From: an uncultured Candidatus Rokubacteria bacterium
GTDB lineage: Bacteria > Methylomirabilota > Methylomirabilia > Rokubacteriales > CSP1-6
Direction of reading: 5' to 3'
DNA: 64,000 nt
Assembly (NCBI GenBank): GCA_963758635.1
Contig: CAVWWD010000008.1
Coordinates: 736,001 to 800,000, forward strand
The position numbers and the translations under genes are program-made. Below are positions 43,866 to 55,256 of the stretch, piece after piece. Each line of letters starts with the position of its first letter. Within the stretch, counting starts at the first letter, position 1. The notes beneath the pieces were generated by a model. It searched no databases and was not told the DNA's origin. It saw only the letters and a list, made by a program, of their open reading frames with translations.

Positions 43866-44780
43866 ATGAAGCTCTCCGTCGAGTTCCCGAGTGTCGCCTA
43901 CCGCGAGGGGCCGCAGGGGGTGGCCAGGTTCGCCCGGGCCGTCGAGGAGATCGGGTACGACCACATCGACGTGTTCGACCACGTCGTGATGGGGTTCCCG
44001 CGCGACGGCCGGCCGCCCGGCCCGTACCCCGCCGGCATGCCGATCCTCGAGGCGCTGATGACGCTCTCGTACGTGGCGGCCGTCACCTCGCGGGTGACGC
44101 TCGGCACGGAGGTGCTGGTGCTCCCGCAGCGGCAGCCGGTGCTGGTGGCCAAGCAGGTGAGCACGCTCGACACGCTCTCGGGCGGCCGGGTGCGGCTGGG
44201 GGTGGGCGTCGGATGGCAGGAGTCGGAGTACGAGGCGCTTGGCGAGGACTTCCGCGACCGGGGCGCGCGCATGGACGAGGCGATCCGCCTGCTCCGCGCG
44301 TGCTGGTCGGACGCGAAGCTCGACGTGGACGAGCCGCACTACAAGATGGTCGCCATGGGCATGGAGCCGAAGCCCCCGCAGGGCCGCGCGCTCCCCATCT
44401 GGGTGGGCGGCCGATCCGAAGCCGCCTATCGCCGGGTCGCCCGGCTCGGAGACGGATGGCTCGCCGGCGGCATGCCGGACAACGAGAGCACGACGAAGGC
44501 CATCGAGTCGATCCGCCGGCACGCCGAGGCGGCGGGCCGCGATCCCGCGTCGATCGGGCTCGGGAGCATGGTGGCGACGCCTCCGAAGGACACGGAGGGC
44601 AAGCGCTTCTACGCGGAGCACGACCGCGTCGCCGCCCGCGCCGCGGAGCTGCAGAAGATGGGCTTCCAGTGGGCGGCCATCAACGCCACCGCGATCTTCC
44701 AGGCTGGCGCGCGCTCGGTGGACGCCATGATCGACGCGCTCGCCGCCCTCCATGCCAAGCTCCGCGCCACCGTCGGGTGA
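43866..44780 (+). CDS. LLM-class, putatively F420-dependent oxidoreductase
   Basis: FDHVV, VLVLPQRQPVLVAKQ, GVGVGW, GDGW. Confidence 0.88.
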   Translation: MKLSVEFPSVAYREGPQGVARFARAVEEIGYDHIDVFDHVVMGFPRDGRPPGPYPAGMPILEALMTLSYVAAVTSRVTLGTEVLVLPQRQPVLVAKQVSTLDTLSGGRVRLGVGVGWQESEYEALGEDFRDRGARMDEAIRLLRACWSDAKLDVDEPHYKMVAMGMEPKPPQGRALPIWVGGRSEAAYRRVARLGDGWLAGGMPDNESTTKAIESIRRHAEAAGRDPASIGLGSMVATPPKDTEGKRFYAEHDRVAARAAELQKMGFQWAAINATAIFQAGARSVDAMIDALAALHAKLRATVG

Positions 44781-44935
44781 CCACGTGTCGTCGCCACGCG
44801 ATGCCGCGATCGCCCCTTGTGCGACGCGGGTTCGGCGTTTGAATGCCGGGGACGCGCGTGGGGCCGACGAGGGCTGAGACGGGCAGGGCACGCGGTGTCG
44901 TTCGCGGAAACGTCCTTCAGAAAGGAGGCACGGCC

Positions 44936-45343
44936 ATGCGAGGGGAGAACAGGTCGATGAGATCGAGGGACTGGGCGGTTCGGCTCGTCTTGGTTGTCAT
45001 GGTCGCGGCGATCGCCGCCGCGTGCGCCTCCGGAGACGCAGCCAAGCGCGTCGCGGGAGCGCCCATCGAGAGCGTCGGGTCCATCGCCGGGACGTGGACG
45101 GGCACGCTCGAGTTCGGGTCCGGCGAGCAGGCGTGCACGCTCACGATCGAGCCCGGCGGCCATGCCACGCTCGTGGCCCGCACCATGACGGTGCACGGCT
45201 CGGTCTCCGTCAACCAGGGGAAGGGCGCGTATTCCTTCCCCGGCCGGTCGGATGGGACGTTGACGCTCTACCAGGACGGCGGCAAGCGCCAGCTGCAGCT
45301 GAAGGGCACCAGCGGGGTCTTCGACGCGCGCGTGACGAAGTAG
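44936..45343 (+). CDS. Hypothetical lipoprotein
   Basis: RBS AAAGGAGG, hydrophobic stretch ending IAAAC, beta-rich (AGTWTGTL). Confidence 0.7.
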   Translation: MRGENRSMRSRDWAVRLVLVVMVAAIAAACASGDAAKRVAGAPIESVGSIAGTWTGTLEFGSGEQACTLTIEPGGHATLVARTMTVHGSVSVNQGKGAYSFPGRSDGTLTLYQDGGKRQLQLKGTSGVFDARVTK

Positions 45344-45448
45344 CGCGCCGGGGCGGTGCGCGTCATCGGCTCGCCGGCGTCCGATACACGCCCATCAGAT
45401 ACGCGCTCGTGAGCCGGCAGTTGCCGCCCGCGCCTCCGACGCCGTGCC

Positions 45449-46252
45449 TCAGGGCAGGGGGATCCGCGGCGGCAAGCCGGTCTGGGCGGTGAGGCCGCCG
45501 TCGGCCACCACCGCCGCGCCGGTCACGTACGACGCGAGATCCGAGGCCAGGAACAGCACCACGTTCGCCATCTCCTCGGGCTTGCCGAGCCGGCGCATGG
45601 GGATCGCCGCCGTCGTCGCCTCCGCGAAGCCGGGCAGGGCCAGCGACGGGCGCAGCAGCGGGGTGTCGATCGCCCCGGGGCAGACGCAGTTGACGCGGAT
45701 GCCGCGAGCCGCGTACTCGATCGCCGTCACCCTGGTGAGGTTGACCACGCCGGCCTTGGCCGCGTTGTAGGCCCCGATGGCGAAGTCCCCGAACAGGCCC
45801 GAGATCGACGCGGTGTTCACGATGGCGCCGCCCCCACGCCGGAGCAGCTCGGGGATCGCGCGCTTGGTGGCCCGGAAGACCCCCGTGAGGGCGAGGTCGA
45901 TCACGTGGGTCCAGACCTTCTCGTCGATGTCGGCGGTGAAGGCGAGGCGGCTCTGGCCCGGTGGCAGGGACGGCTGGCCGAAGGCGTTGTTGTGGAGGAT
46001 GTCGAGCCCGCCGAACGCCTTGACCGCGCCCGCGACCATCGCCTCCACGCCGTCGATCGTCGCGGCGTCGGCGGCGATCGCCACGGCCTTGCCACCCGCC
46101 GCGCCGATCTCGGCGGCCACCGCCTCGGCCCTGGCGCCGTCGATGTCGGCCACGGCCACCTGCGCGCCCCGTGCCGCGAATCCCAGCGCCGTCGCGCGGC
46201 CGATGCCCGAGCCCGCGCCCGAGATCAGCGCCGCCTTCCCGTCGAATCGCAC
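45449..46252 (-). CDS. SDR-family oxidoreductase
   Basis: SGAGSGIG, NTAS, YNAAK, IRVNCVCPG. Confidence 0.92.
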   Translation of the reverse strand: MRFDGKAALISGAGSGIGRATALGFAARGAQVAVADIDGARAEAVAAEIGAAGGKAVAIAADAATIDGVEAMVAGAVKAFGGLDILHNNAFGQPSLPPGQSRLAFTADIDEKVWTHVIDLALTGVFRATKRAIPELLRRGGGAIVNTASISGLFGDFAIGAYNAAKAGVVNLTRVTAIEYAARGIRVNCVCPGAIDTPLLRPSLALPGFAEATTAAIPMRRLGKPEEMANVVLFLASDLASYVTGAAVVADGGLTAQTGLPPRIPLP

Positions 46253-46270
46253 GACGTCTCCGGCCGGGGC

Positions 46271-46876
46271 TCAGAACCTCATGCGGCGCTGCAGGTCGTC
46301 CACGCTCTGGTTGAGCTGGTCGAAGTCAGTCCCCTCGCCGCCCGGCGTGACGTGGTTCACCACCTCGGGCAGGAGCTCCGCCATGCCCGCGCTCGCTTGC
46401 TCGCGGGTAATGCCGGCCCGCTGAGCGATCTCCTCGAGGCCGCCCTGGCCGAAGATCTCCTCGAGGGCGCCCGGCTCGATCGGCATGTTCTGGCCGTTGC
46501 CCACCCACGAGCGGGCCTGCTCGCCGTAGCCGGCCCGCTGCATCTGCTCGACGAGGCCGCCGAGCCCGCCCATGCCGGCTTCCTGGCCGGCGCCGCGACC
46601 GGTCATGCCGCCGATGACGTCACCGAGCCCGCCGCCACCTCCGGGCTGCCCGCCGCCGAGGATCTGGCCCAGGATGTCTCCCAGGCCGCCGCCGCCGCCG
46701 CGCCCGCCGCCACGGCTCGCGAGCATCGACAGCACCACCGGGAGCAGCGCCATCATGACGCCGCCCATGCCGCCGCCGCCCGCCTGCGCGGACGGCGGCG
46801 CCGGGCTTCCGCGAGGATCCAGCTGGCTCGAGCCTCCGCCGAGGGCACCACGGAGCAGGTCGTCAAGAAGTCCCAT
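46271..46876 (-). CDS. YidB/DUF937-family protein, Gly-rich
   Basis: MGLLDDLL, GGLGGL, SWVGNGQN, LLPEVVNHVTPGG. Confidence 0.85.
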   Translation of the reverse strand: MGLLDDLLRGALGGGSSQLDPRGSPAPPSAQAGGGGMGGVMMALLPVVLSMLASRGGGRGGGGGLGDILGQILGGGQPGGGGGLGDVIGGMTGRGAGQEAGMGGLGGLVEQMQRAGYGEQARSWVGNGQNMPIEPGALEEIFGQGGLEEIAQRAGITREQASAGMAELLPEVVNHVTPGGEGTDFDQLNQSVDDLQRRMRF

Positions 46877-46909
46877 CACACCCTCCTGTCGAGGCGGCGG
46901 CGCCGTCGG

Positions 46910-48343
46910 CTAGTAGCGGTAGTGGTCCGGCTTGTACGGGCCGGCCTTGTCCACGCCGATGTAGCGCGCCTGGGCGTCGGTCAGCTCGGTCAGACGCGCG
47001 TTGAGCTTCTTGAGCTGTAGCCGCGCCACCTTCTCGTCGAGGTGCTTGGGCAGGACGTACACGCCGACGGGGTAGGCTTGCGGGCGCGTGAAGAGCTCGA
47101 TCTGCGCGATGACCTGGTTGGCGAACGACGAGCTCATCACGTAGCTCGGATGCCCGGTGCCGCAGCCCAGGTTCACCAGCCGGCCCTCGGCGAGCAGGAT
47201 GATGCGCTTGCCGTCGGGGAACACCACGTGGTCGACCTGCGGCTTGATGTTCTCCCACTTGTACTGGCGCAGCGAGGCGATGTCGATCTCGCTGTCGAAG
47301 TGACCGATGTTGCAGACGATGGCCTGGTCCTTCATCCGCGCCATGTGGTCGTGGCCGATGACGTGGTAGTTGCCGGTGGCGGTCACGAAGATGTCGCCCT
47401 GGCTGGCCGCCTCGTCCATGGTCACGACGCGGTACCCTTCCATCGCGGCCTGGAGCGCGCAGATCGGGTCGACCTCCGTCACCCAGACCTGCGCCGACAG
47501 CGCGCGCAGCGCCTGCGCCGAGCCCTTGCCCACGTCGCCGTATCCGCACACCACCGCGACCTTGCCCGCGACCATCACGTCGGTGGCGCGCTTGATGCCG
47601 TCCACCAGCGACTCGCGGCAGCCGTACAGGTTGTCGAACTTGCTCTTGGTCACGGAGTCGTTGACGTTGATCGCGGGGAACTTGAGCCGTCCGTCCTTGG
47701 CCATCTGGTACAGACGCTTGACCCCTGTCGTGGTCTCCTCGCTCACGCCCCGCACCTTGGCCGCGCGCACGGAGTACCAGGCCGGGTCCTGCGCGAGCTT
47801 CGCCTTGATCGCGGCGAAGAGCGCGGTCTCCTCCTCGCTGGTCGGCCGCGCGATCACCGACGGGTCGCGCTCGGCCTCCGCGCCCAGGTGCAGGAGCAGC
47901 GTGGCGTCGCCGCCGTCGTCGAGGATCATGTTGGAGTGCCCGCCGTCGGGCCACTCGAAGATCCGGTGCGTGTAGTCCCAGTACTGCTCGAGCGACTCGC
48001 CCTTGGTCGCGAAGACGGGCGTGCCGGCGGCGGCGATCGCCGCGGCGGCGTGGTCCTGCGTGGAGAAGATGTTGCAGGACGCCCACCGCACCTGCGCGCC
48101 GAGGGCCTGCAGGGTCTCGATGAGGACGGCGGTCTGGATCGTCATGTGGAGCGACCCGGAGATGCGGGCGCCGGAGAGCGGCTGGGCGCTCGCGTACTCC
48201 TCGCGGATGGCCATGAGACCGGGCATCTCGGTCTCGGCGATCAGCATTTCCTTGCGGCCCCAGCCGGCGAGGCCGAGGTCGGCGACGACGTGGTCGGGCG
48301 TGGCGGCGGTCTTGCGGGTGGCGGACTGCTGGGCTGTGCTCAT
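46910..48343 (-). CDS. ahcY: Adenosylhomocysteinase
   Basis: [50 protein letters not shown]. Confidence 0.98.
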   Translation of the reverse strand: MSTAQQSATRKTAATPDHVVADLGLAGWGRKEMLIAETEMPGLMAIREEYASAQPLSGARISGSLHMTIQTAVLIETLQALGAQVRWASCNIFSTQDHAAAAIAAAGTPVFATKGESLEQYWDYTHRIFEWPDGGHSNMILDDGGDATLLLHLGAEAERDPSVIARPTSEEETALFAAIKAKLAQDPAWYSVRAAKVRGVSEETTTGVKRLYQMAKDGRLKFPAINVNDSVTKSKFDNLYGCRESLVDGIKRATDVMVAGKVAVVCGYGDVGKGSAQALRALSAQVWVTEVDPICALQAAMEGYRVVTMDEAASQGDIFVTATGNYHVIGHDHMARMKDQAIVCNIGHFDSEIDIASLRQYKWENIKPQVDHVVFPDGKRIILLAEGRLVNLGCGTGHPSYVMSSSFANQVIAQIELFTRPQAYPVGVYVLPKHLDEKVARLQLKKLNARLTELTDAQARYIGVDKAGPYKPDHYRY

Positions 48344-48369
48344 CTCGCACTCTCCCGTGTCTTGGAGTT

Positions 48370-48472
48370 TGCGAGCGCCGTTGCCTGGTGCTGGCCCGGT
48401 CCGGTGCTTCCTGTCCGGTCAGCCGCTTCGAGCCTGGCGGGAGGGCTCCCGTCGCAACGCTCCTCGAAGCCG
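48370..48472 (-). promoter_or_regulatory. SAH riboswitch
   Basis: GCTTCGAGGAGCGTTGCGAC..GCCAGGCTCGAAGC..CAACGGCGCTC: P1 stem and pseudoknot segments of the SAH aptamer, directly upstream of ahcY. Confidence 0.9.
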
Positions 48473-48491
48473 TTGGGTGACTCCCGGGCGA

Positions 48492-49389
48492 TTATCGGCC
48501 GGTTCGCGGCTCCTGACAAGTCGGAAGGCCCATGAGGGCGAGCGCCTCGGCGCCCAGCAGGCCCTCCGGGCTCGCCAGGGTCTCCGGGATCTCGAAGTGG
48601 TTGAGCCCGGGCGCGACGATGAGCCGGCGCAGCCGGCCGCTGCCGCTCGAGAGCCTGGGCGAACTCCCGCGACTGCCGCTGGAACTCCGGGGAGTCGCCG
48701 CCGGCGTAGGCCACCGTGACGGGGCACGTGATCCGGGCGAGGTGACGGAGCGGACTCAGCTCGTGCTCGATGCGGTCGTCGAAGCGCACGTACGACGAAC
48801 GCGCGGACAGCCGGACCGGCCTGAGGTCGTACATGCCGCTCACGCAGAGGGCGCCCTTGACCACGTCGGCGGCCAGCCCGAAGTCCGCGATCCAGTCGGT
48901 GACCAGCACGTTGGCGGCCAGGTGCGCGCCCGACGAGTGCCCGGCCACGTGGATGCGCGCGGGGTCGCCGCCCAGGTCCTTCGCGTGACGGGCGACCCAC
49001 GCCACCGCGCGCCGCACCTGCGCGACCATCCCGTCGAGCCCCACCTCCATGACCGTCGCGAAGTCGGGAACGACCCAGTGGGCGCCGGCGCGGACGAACG
49101 TCTCCGCGGCGTAGGCCTGGCTGCGCGCGTCGCCGCCGCGCCACGCGCCGCCGTGCAGGAACACCATGACGGGCGCGTTCGGCGCCGCGGTCGGGAAGAC
49201 GTCGAGCTGCTCGATCGCGGCCGAGCCGTAGGCGTGGCGCTCGGGGTCGCCGAGCCGGGCGCGCAGGGCCTCCGAGGCGGCGGCGCGCCGGTCGAGCGCC
49301 TCCTGACGGTTGGGCGCCCACGCCGCCTGGTCGTAGGCGCGGTCCAGGGCGGCCTGGTCGTAGTCGAGGAAGACCCGCTCGGGTGACAT
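48492..49389 (-). CDS. Alpha/beta hydrolase (arylformamidase-like); frameshift near 48635
   Basis: YDQAALDRAYDQ, HGGAW, GHSSG, DSPEFQRQ; GLNHFE in the shifted frame. Confidence 0.82.
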
Positions 49390-49420
49390 GGCCCGGAAGA
49401 TACCACTGATGTTGCGAGGG

Positions 49421-51081
49421 TCATGGCGGATGCGCGCGAGGATGACCAGGCGGTGGCCCTCGACGAAGTCGATATGCCGCGGATACGTCCAGCGCGGCGG
49501 GGCGGGCGACGCGCGGTCGAAGACGATGCGGTACGCGTACCGCTCGGCGAGCAGGTCGTCGAAGAACGACCGCATCTCCGGGTAGAGCTCGCGTTCGGTC
49601 CAGTCGAGGAAGCGCTGGTAGTAGAGCGAGCTGACCGCGATGAAGTCGGGTCCGAGCTCCTGCAGGTGCTCCTGGCGGTACGCGCGAACCCGTTGGTCGT
49701 CGCGCTCGCGCGCTTCCCGGGACACGACCTCGGCGCGCCCCCGCGACGTGGGCGCGAACCGCGCGGAGAAGAGCCGCGTCCGCCCGCTGACCGTCGGCAG
49801 GCTCACGACCCCGAAGGGAAGCCGGGGCCAGCCGCGCCACGTCGGCGCGTACTCGGTCCGGAGGAGGCGGGCCCCGGGCGGCACGTGCTCCACGGCCCAG
49901 CGCTGCGCGGCCATCCGCGGATCGCCGAGGAAGCGGCGGCCGACGTGGTAGCTGCACGCCACGTTGTACGTCAGCGTGACCACGAGGAGCGCGAGGAAGG
50001 CGCCGCGCCACCGCCGGAGGGCGTCCCAGGTCAGCGCGCTCAGGACCAGCAGGTACGGAACGATCGGCAGGATGAACCGGTCCTCGAGCCGCGGGAAGCT
50101 CCCGAACTTGATCACGTACGGCACGGTGACGGACAGCGCCATGACGACGAGCGCGGTCCGCGCATCGAGGGGCCGGGGCGGGCGGACCACGAGGCGGAGG
50201 GCGAGGACGAGGCCGACCGTCGCCAGGGCGAGCCCATGGACCCCGATCAGCTCGCCCACGAAGCGCACGAGGTCGCCGAAGCTCGTCCCGGTCATCCGGC
50301 CCGAGTAGACGGGCGTGATCTCGTAGTTCAGCAGGAAGTCGCTCACGAAGGCGCGCGCGTCCAGGACGGCGTACGGGCACGCGAGGACGAAGGCGATCGG
50401 GACCGCGGCCAGCCCCAGCGCCAGGCGCCGGTCCAGCACGACCTCGCGGAGCGAGCGGCCGCGCGCGGACAGGGCGTGCGCGGCGACGAGCGCGAACCCG
50501 ATGGCGAGGCCGTTGTACTTCGTGGCCGTCGCCACCCCGACGAGGGCGCCGGCGCAGACGTAGTGCGTGGGCGAGGGCCGGGTGAGGATCTTCTGCGCGA
50601 AGCGGAAGCTCGCCAGCATCCAGAAGAGGACGGGCACGTCGGCGGTCAGGAAGAGCGCGAACGGGATGATCCCCGCGCTGGTCGCGAACAGCACGGCGAC
50701 GACCCGCGCCACGTGCGCGTGGAACGCGTCCCGGACGATCAGGAAGACGATCGAGACCGCGCCCAGGAAGAGCCCGAGGGTCAGGAGCCGCGAGAGCCAG
50801 ATCACCAGCGCGTCGCGCGGCGTCCCGACGGCCAGGCTGATGGCCCGCGCGGGGCCCTCGGCGACGAGGAAGTTCAGATAGGTGTGGAACGGCGGCTTGA
50901 GGTAGCTCTCGGGCTGGAAGGGCCAGCGGCCGGGACCGAAGAGCGTCCGCAGGGCCATCTGGTCGGGGTTCCAGTGCTCCAGGCGTCCCCACGCCGATCC
51001 GTGCAGGCAAAGAGCCAGGCCCAGGAGCAGGGCCAGCGCGAGACCTGGGTCGACGCGCACAGCGTCCCGCGCCGGAGCCAT
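49421..51081 (-). CDS. GT-C membrane glycosyltransferase (family 39/PMT-like); both ends approximate
   Basis: WNPD, KPPFHTY, TADVP, ATKYNG, CPYAVLD, many TMs; reads through into the next gene in this assembly. Confidence 0.75.
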
Positions 51082-51106
51082 GAGTCGCATGCTAGAGTGC
51101 GCCACC

Positions 51107-52402
51107 ATGTGGCGACGCCCGCTGCTCGCCGTCCTGGCGCTGGTCCTGGCGTTCGCGGCGCCGCGTGGTCCGTGGCTCGATCCGACCGCGGCCCAGCCCG
51201 CGCGGGAGCCCTCGCGGGCGGCCGAGCCGAAGCCGGCGCGCGAGGCGATCAGCCGGCGCGGCGTCCTCGACGGCGCGGACTACGTGATCGAGGCGCCGGC
51301 CGGCTGGCAGGGCGGCCTCGTCGTGTTCGCGCACGGGATCCAGCGGGGCCCCGGGCCGGGCGCGGTCACTGCGCTGCCGATCGCGAGCCACGTGACCGCG
51401 CAGGGGCACGCGTGGATCGCGTCGGGGTACCGCGCCCGCGAGTACCAGCCGCACCTCTTCATCGAGGACCTGGTCGCGCTGCGCGAGCTGTTCTTCAAGG
51501 AAGTCGGCCGGCCGCGCTGGACGATCATCTATGGCCAGTCGATGGGCGGCCACATCGTGGTGGCGTCGCTCGAGCTCCGGCCGGGGCTCTACCAGGGGGG
51601 CCTGGCCGAATGCGGCCTCGTCGACGGTATCGCCATCGCCGACTACCTGCTGGCGTACACCGCCGCGGCCGAGCTCATCGCCGGCGTGCCGCTCCTGGAC
51701 GCGCCCGACCGGCCGGAGTTCGCGCGCGTCCTCAACGAGGGCGTCGTGCCGGCGCTGGGCACGCCCGGCGCCTACACCCCGCGCGGACGGCAGTTCGACA
51801 GCGTGGTCAAGTACCTGATGGGCGCCGATCAGGCGGGCCACGACCTCCCGCTCCGCGTGCAGGGGCTCCGGCGGCGCTTTCTCCTGAACATGACCTACCG
51901 GCATCCCGACGTGGAGAAGGAAGCCACGCCGGGCGGGCGCGCGGCGAGCACCGCGCACATCCGGTACCGGATCGATCCCGGCCTCGGGCTCACGGAGGAC
52001 GACCTCAACGCGCGGGTCCGGCGCCTGCATCCCGCGAAGGACGCCCGCTCGCCGGGCGCCAACCCCGTCTATGCGGAGCGCACCGGGCGGCTGACCGCTC
52101 CGCTCCTCACGCTCCATGAGACCGGCGACGCGTGGGTGCCGCTCAGCCTGGAGCAGTCCTATCGGCGCCGGACCATCGCCGCCGGCGCCGCGCATCTCCT
52201 GGTGCAGCGCGTGACGCGCGCGCCCAGTCACTGCGGCTTCGACGGCGAGACGCGCGAGCAGGCGTTCGACGACCTGGTGACATGGATCGAGCGCGGCGTG
52301 CGCCCGGACGGCGAGGACGTGCTGGCGCCGGACCTCCGGCGCATCGGCCTCAAGTGGACGCTCGTGCTGCACCCGGAGGACCCGCTCGCCCCCGGCCGCT
52401 GA
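51107..52402 (+). CDS. Exported alpha/beta hydrolase-like protein
   Basis: Signal peptide, FAHG, GQSMGG, GDAWVP, HCGF. Confidence 0.8.
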   Translation: MWRRPLLAVLALVLAFAAPRGPWLDPTAAQPAREPSRAAEPKPAREAISRRGVLDGADYVIEAPAGWQGGLVVFAHGIQRGPGPGAVTALPIASHVTAQGHAWIASGYRAREYQPHLFIEDLVALRELFFKEVGRPRWTIIYGQSMGGHIVVASLELRPGLYQGGLAECGLVDGIAIADYLLAYTAAAELIAGVPLLDAPDRPEFARVLNEGVVPALGTPGAYTPRGRQFDSVVKYLMGADQAGHDLPLRVQGLRRRFLLNMTYRHPDVEKEATPGGRAASTAHIRYRIDPGLGLTEDDLNARVRRLHPAKDARSPGANPVYAERTGRLTAPLLTLHETGDAWVPLSLEQSYRRRTIAAGAAHLLVQRVTRAPSHCGFDGETREQAFDDLVTWIERGVRPDGEDVLAPDLRRIGLKWTLVLHPEDPLAPGR

Positions 52403-52447
52403 GCGTGTCGGGGACATCTCCAGGGCCGGCCGTGGCGCGCGGCCCCG

Positions 52448-53692
52448 TCACTTCCGTGCGGCGCGTGCCTCTGCCTGCGCCAGGTCCGGCAGGTTGGCGG
52501 CCGACGCGGCCAGGAGCGGCGACTTCGTGACCTTGAGCGCGGCCGCCGCCGCCTCGTTCCCCGTGATCTTCGCCATCACGGCCTCGCGGGCGCGGTTGAA
52601 GTACTCGCGGTTGGTGGCCACGAATTCCCGCGAGGTCCGGAGCCCCGTGAGGTAGCCGTTGATCTCCGGCACCACGTAGCGCGCCACCATGTCCCAGCTC
52701 CGCATGGTGTTCTCCGGGTTGGCCCAGTCGTGGACGAAGCCGACCACGGTGCCGAAGCCCCCGGAGATGTCCAGCAGCGACTTGATGCGCGTCACGAGAT
52801 CATCCGGGGTGCCGATGGTGGCGACGGCGCCGGAGACGAACGCCGTCTTGTCCACGGCCTCGTCCGCGTCCTTGTAGGGGCGGGCGCCGGGGCGCTGGAG
52901 CGTGGCCGTGATGTACTCGTTGTGGTGCCGGAGCAGCCCGTCGCGGGCCTCGGCGCGGGCCCGCTCGCGCGTCTCGGCGATGTGCCAGCTCATGAGCACG
53001 CGCCAGTCCTTCCGGCTCACCACCTGGCCGTGCTCGGCCGCCGCCGTCTCCGCGAAGCCCCACTGCGTGGGCAGGGCGTTCAGGCCTTCCTCGGACAGCG
53101 ACCCGATCGAGATCACGCCGATGCCGTGCTTGCCGGCCAGCGTCATGCCCGACGGGCTGATCTGCGACGCGACGGCGAACGGCATGTCGTCCTGGAGCGG
53201 CAGGAGCTGCAGCTTGGCGTCCTGGAGCGTGAACCAGTCGGACGTGACGGTGAGGCGCTCTCCGCGCATGAGGCGGCGGATGACGCCGATGGCCTCGTCC
53301 TGCCGGTCGCGCAGGAGCATCGGGTCGATGCCGAGGGTGTGGGCGTCCGACGCCAGCGCGCCCGGTCCCGAGCCAAAGATCACGCGCCCGCCCGTCATGT
53401 AGTCGAGCTGCACCATCCGCTGCGCCACGTTGTAGGGATGGTGATAGGGCAGGGACACGACGCCGGTGGCGAGCTTGATGCGCCTGGTGCGCTCGCCGGC
53501 CGCGGCGAGGAACATCTCGGGCGAGCCGATCGTCTCCCAGCCGCTCGAGTGGTGCTCCCCGCACCAGAACTCCTCGTAGCCCAGCTCGTCCAGGCGCGCC
53601 ACCAGATCGAGGTCGCGGCGGAACTGGAGCATCGGGTGCTCGCCGATCGGGTGGTGGGGGGCGAGGAAGGCGCCGAAGTTCAGTCGAGGCAT
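52448..53692 (-). CDS. LLM-class flavin monooxygenase (limonene 1,2-monooxygenase-like)
   Basis: FGAFLAPHH, GEHHS, SLPYHHP, GPGALASDA; RBS GAGGAG. Confidence 0.88.
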   Translation of the reverse strand: MPRLNFGAFLAPHHPIGEHPMLQFRRDLDLVARLDELGYEEFWCGEHHSSGWETIGSPEMFLAAAGERTRRIKLATGVVSLPYHHPYNVAQRMVQLDYMTGGRVIFGSGPGALASDAHTLGIDPMLLRDRQDEAIGVIRRLMRGERLTVTSDWFTLQDAKLQLLPLQDDMPFAVASQISPSGMTLAGKHGIGVISIGSLSEEGLNALPTQWGFAETAAAEHGQVVSRKDWRVLMSWHIAETRERARAEARDGLLRHHNEYITATLQRPGARPYKDADEAVDKTAFVSGAVATIGTPDDLVTRIKSLLDISGGFGTVVGFVHDWANPENTMRSWDMVARYVVPEINGYLTGLRTSREFVATNREYFNRAREAVMAKITGNEAAAAALKVTKSPLLAASAANLPDLAQAEARAARK

Positions 53693-53950
53693 CAGCGGGT
53701 CTCCTCGGTCGAGGTTGTGAAGGGCCATGGACGCTTCCTCCCGCCCCAACGTTACCATCGCCGGGGCGGCGGACGGGCGGCCTCTCGGGCGCCCGCCGCG
53801 GATCAACGTCCCCATGGCGCTGCGCGGGCACATCGCGGTACCTTCTGCGTGACCGGGTTCGGCGCCACGCGGGAGCGCGGCGGGCGCCGACCACCGGCGC
53901 GCGCGATGGGTACGAGATGCTCCAGTCACCACCGATTGGAGGGCCGTCCG

Positions 53951-55171
53951 ATGCCGCAGGTCGCTGCCGCAGAGCGCCTCCCCGTTGACGTCGACGCTCA
54001 CGCCCCGGTGCAGGCCGCCCTGGCGCTCGGCCCGGCCATCCGCGGGTGCCACGACGAGATCGAGCGCGAGCAGCGGCTGCCGAAGGCGCTGGTCGAGCAG
54101 TTCCACGCCGCCGGCTTCTACAGCATGGTCATCCCGCGCGCGCTGGGCGGCCTGCAGGCCGACCCGCTGACCTACCTGCGTGTCGTCGAGGTCCTGGCCG
54201 AGAGCGCGGGCTCCGTGGGCTGGAACATCGCCAATAACACCATCGGCCAGCTCGTGACGCTCGGGCTGCCCGACGACGGCGTCCGCGAGATCTACGCGAC
54301 CGGCGCCGACACCGTGATCGCGGGCACCGCGGTGATGGGCGGGGGGCGGGCCGTGCCGGTCGATGGCGGCTACCGCGTCAGCGGGCGCTGGCGCTTCGGC
54401 AGCGGCTGCCAGGAGAGCGCGTGGATGCTGGGCAGCTTCCAGATCCTCGACGGAGACCAGGTGCGCCGGAGCCCCGACGGCGCCTTCGCGTTCTGGCGCG
54501 GGGTCTTTCCGCGCTCGGAGGCCCACGTCGTCGACGGGAGCTGGGACGTGTCCGGCCTGCGGGGCACCGGGAGCTTCGACTGGACGGTCGAGGACGTGTT
54601 CCTGCCCCAGCGCCGCGTGATGATCCACGCCGGCGTGCCGCTCGATAACCAGTGGAGCCGGTGGCCGGGGATCTCGTACGCGCTCCCCGCCCAGGCCTGG
54701 GTCGGGCCGCACCACAGCGCGGTGATCACGGGCATCGCGCGCGCGGGCATCGACGCGCTGGTCGAGCTGGCCGGCGGCAAGACGCCGCGCGGCCGCACCG
54801 GCCTCCTCTGCGAGAACCCGCAGGTCCAGGACGCGGTGGGACGCGCCGACGCCATGCTGAACGCCGGACGCGTCTACCGGAGCGCGATGATCGCCGAGCT
54901 GTGGAACACGATCGCCGCCGGCCAGGAGACCACCCGCGAGCAGCGCGCGCGCTGCCGGCTCGCCGCGGTGTACGCCGCGGACAGCGCGCGCGGCGCGATG
55001 GACCTGATGTACCGGCACGGCGGGAGCACCTCGTTCGAGCGCGAGAGCCGTCTCGCCGAGTGCTGGCGCGATCTCCACGTCGTCGGCCAGACCGTCACGA
55101 TCGCCCCCGAGTGGTACCCGATCGGGGGCCGCGTGTACCTCGGAATGGACCCCGGCCCGCGGCTCCGCTAG
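53951..55171 (+). CDS. Acyl-CoA-dehydrogenase-fold flavin-dependent hydroxylase (HsaA-like)
   Basis: IPRALGG, SVGW, GRWRFGSG, WDVSGLRGTGS, WRDLH. Confidence 0.85.
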   Translation: MPQVAAAERLPVDVDAHAPVQAALALGPAIRGCHDEIEREQRLPKALVEQFHAAGFYSMVIPRALGGLQADPLTYLRVVEVLAESAGSVGWNIANNTIGQLVTLGLPDDGVREIYATGADTVIAGTAVMGGGRAVPVDGGYRVSGRWRFGSGCQESAWMLGSFQILDGDQVRRSPDGAFAFWRGVFPRSEAHVVDGSWDVSGLRGTGSFDWTVEDVFLPQRRVMIHAGVPLDNQWSRWPGISYALPAQAWVGPHHSAVITGIARAGIDALVELAGGKTPRGRTGLLCENPQVQDAVGRADAMLNAGRVYRSAMIAELWNTIAAGQETTREQRARCRLAAVYAADSARGAMDLMYRHGGSTSFERESRLAECWRDLHVVGQTVTIAPEWYPIGGRVYLGMDPGPRLR

Positions 55172-55256
55172 CTCGGCCGGGCTCAGGGGAGTCGACGACG
55201 ACGCTGCGTACGACGGGAGGGCCCTAGGCAGTGCACCCAGGCCGAAGGAGGGCGTC

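Noticed and set aside
48340..51108. 922-aa glycosyltransferase-hydrolase fusion ORF
   Set aside because: The hydrolase has its own extended -10 and ATG at 49389, a TGA sits in an adjacent frame at 49421, and the ORF tail runs through the SAH riboswitch; best explained by indel errors.
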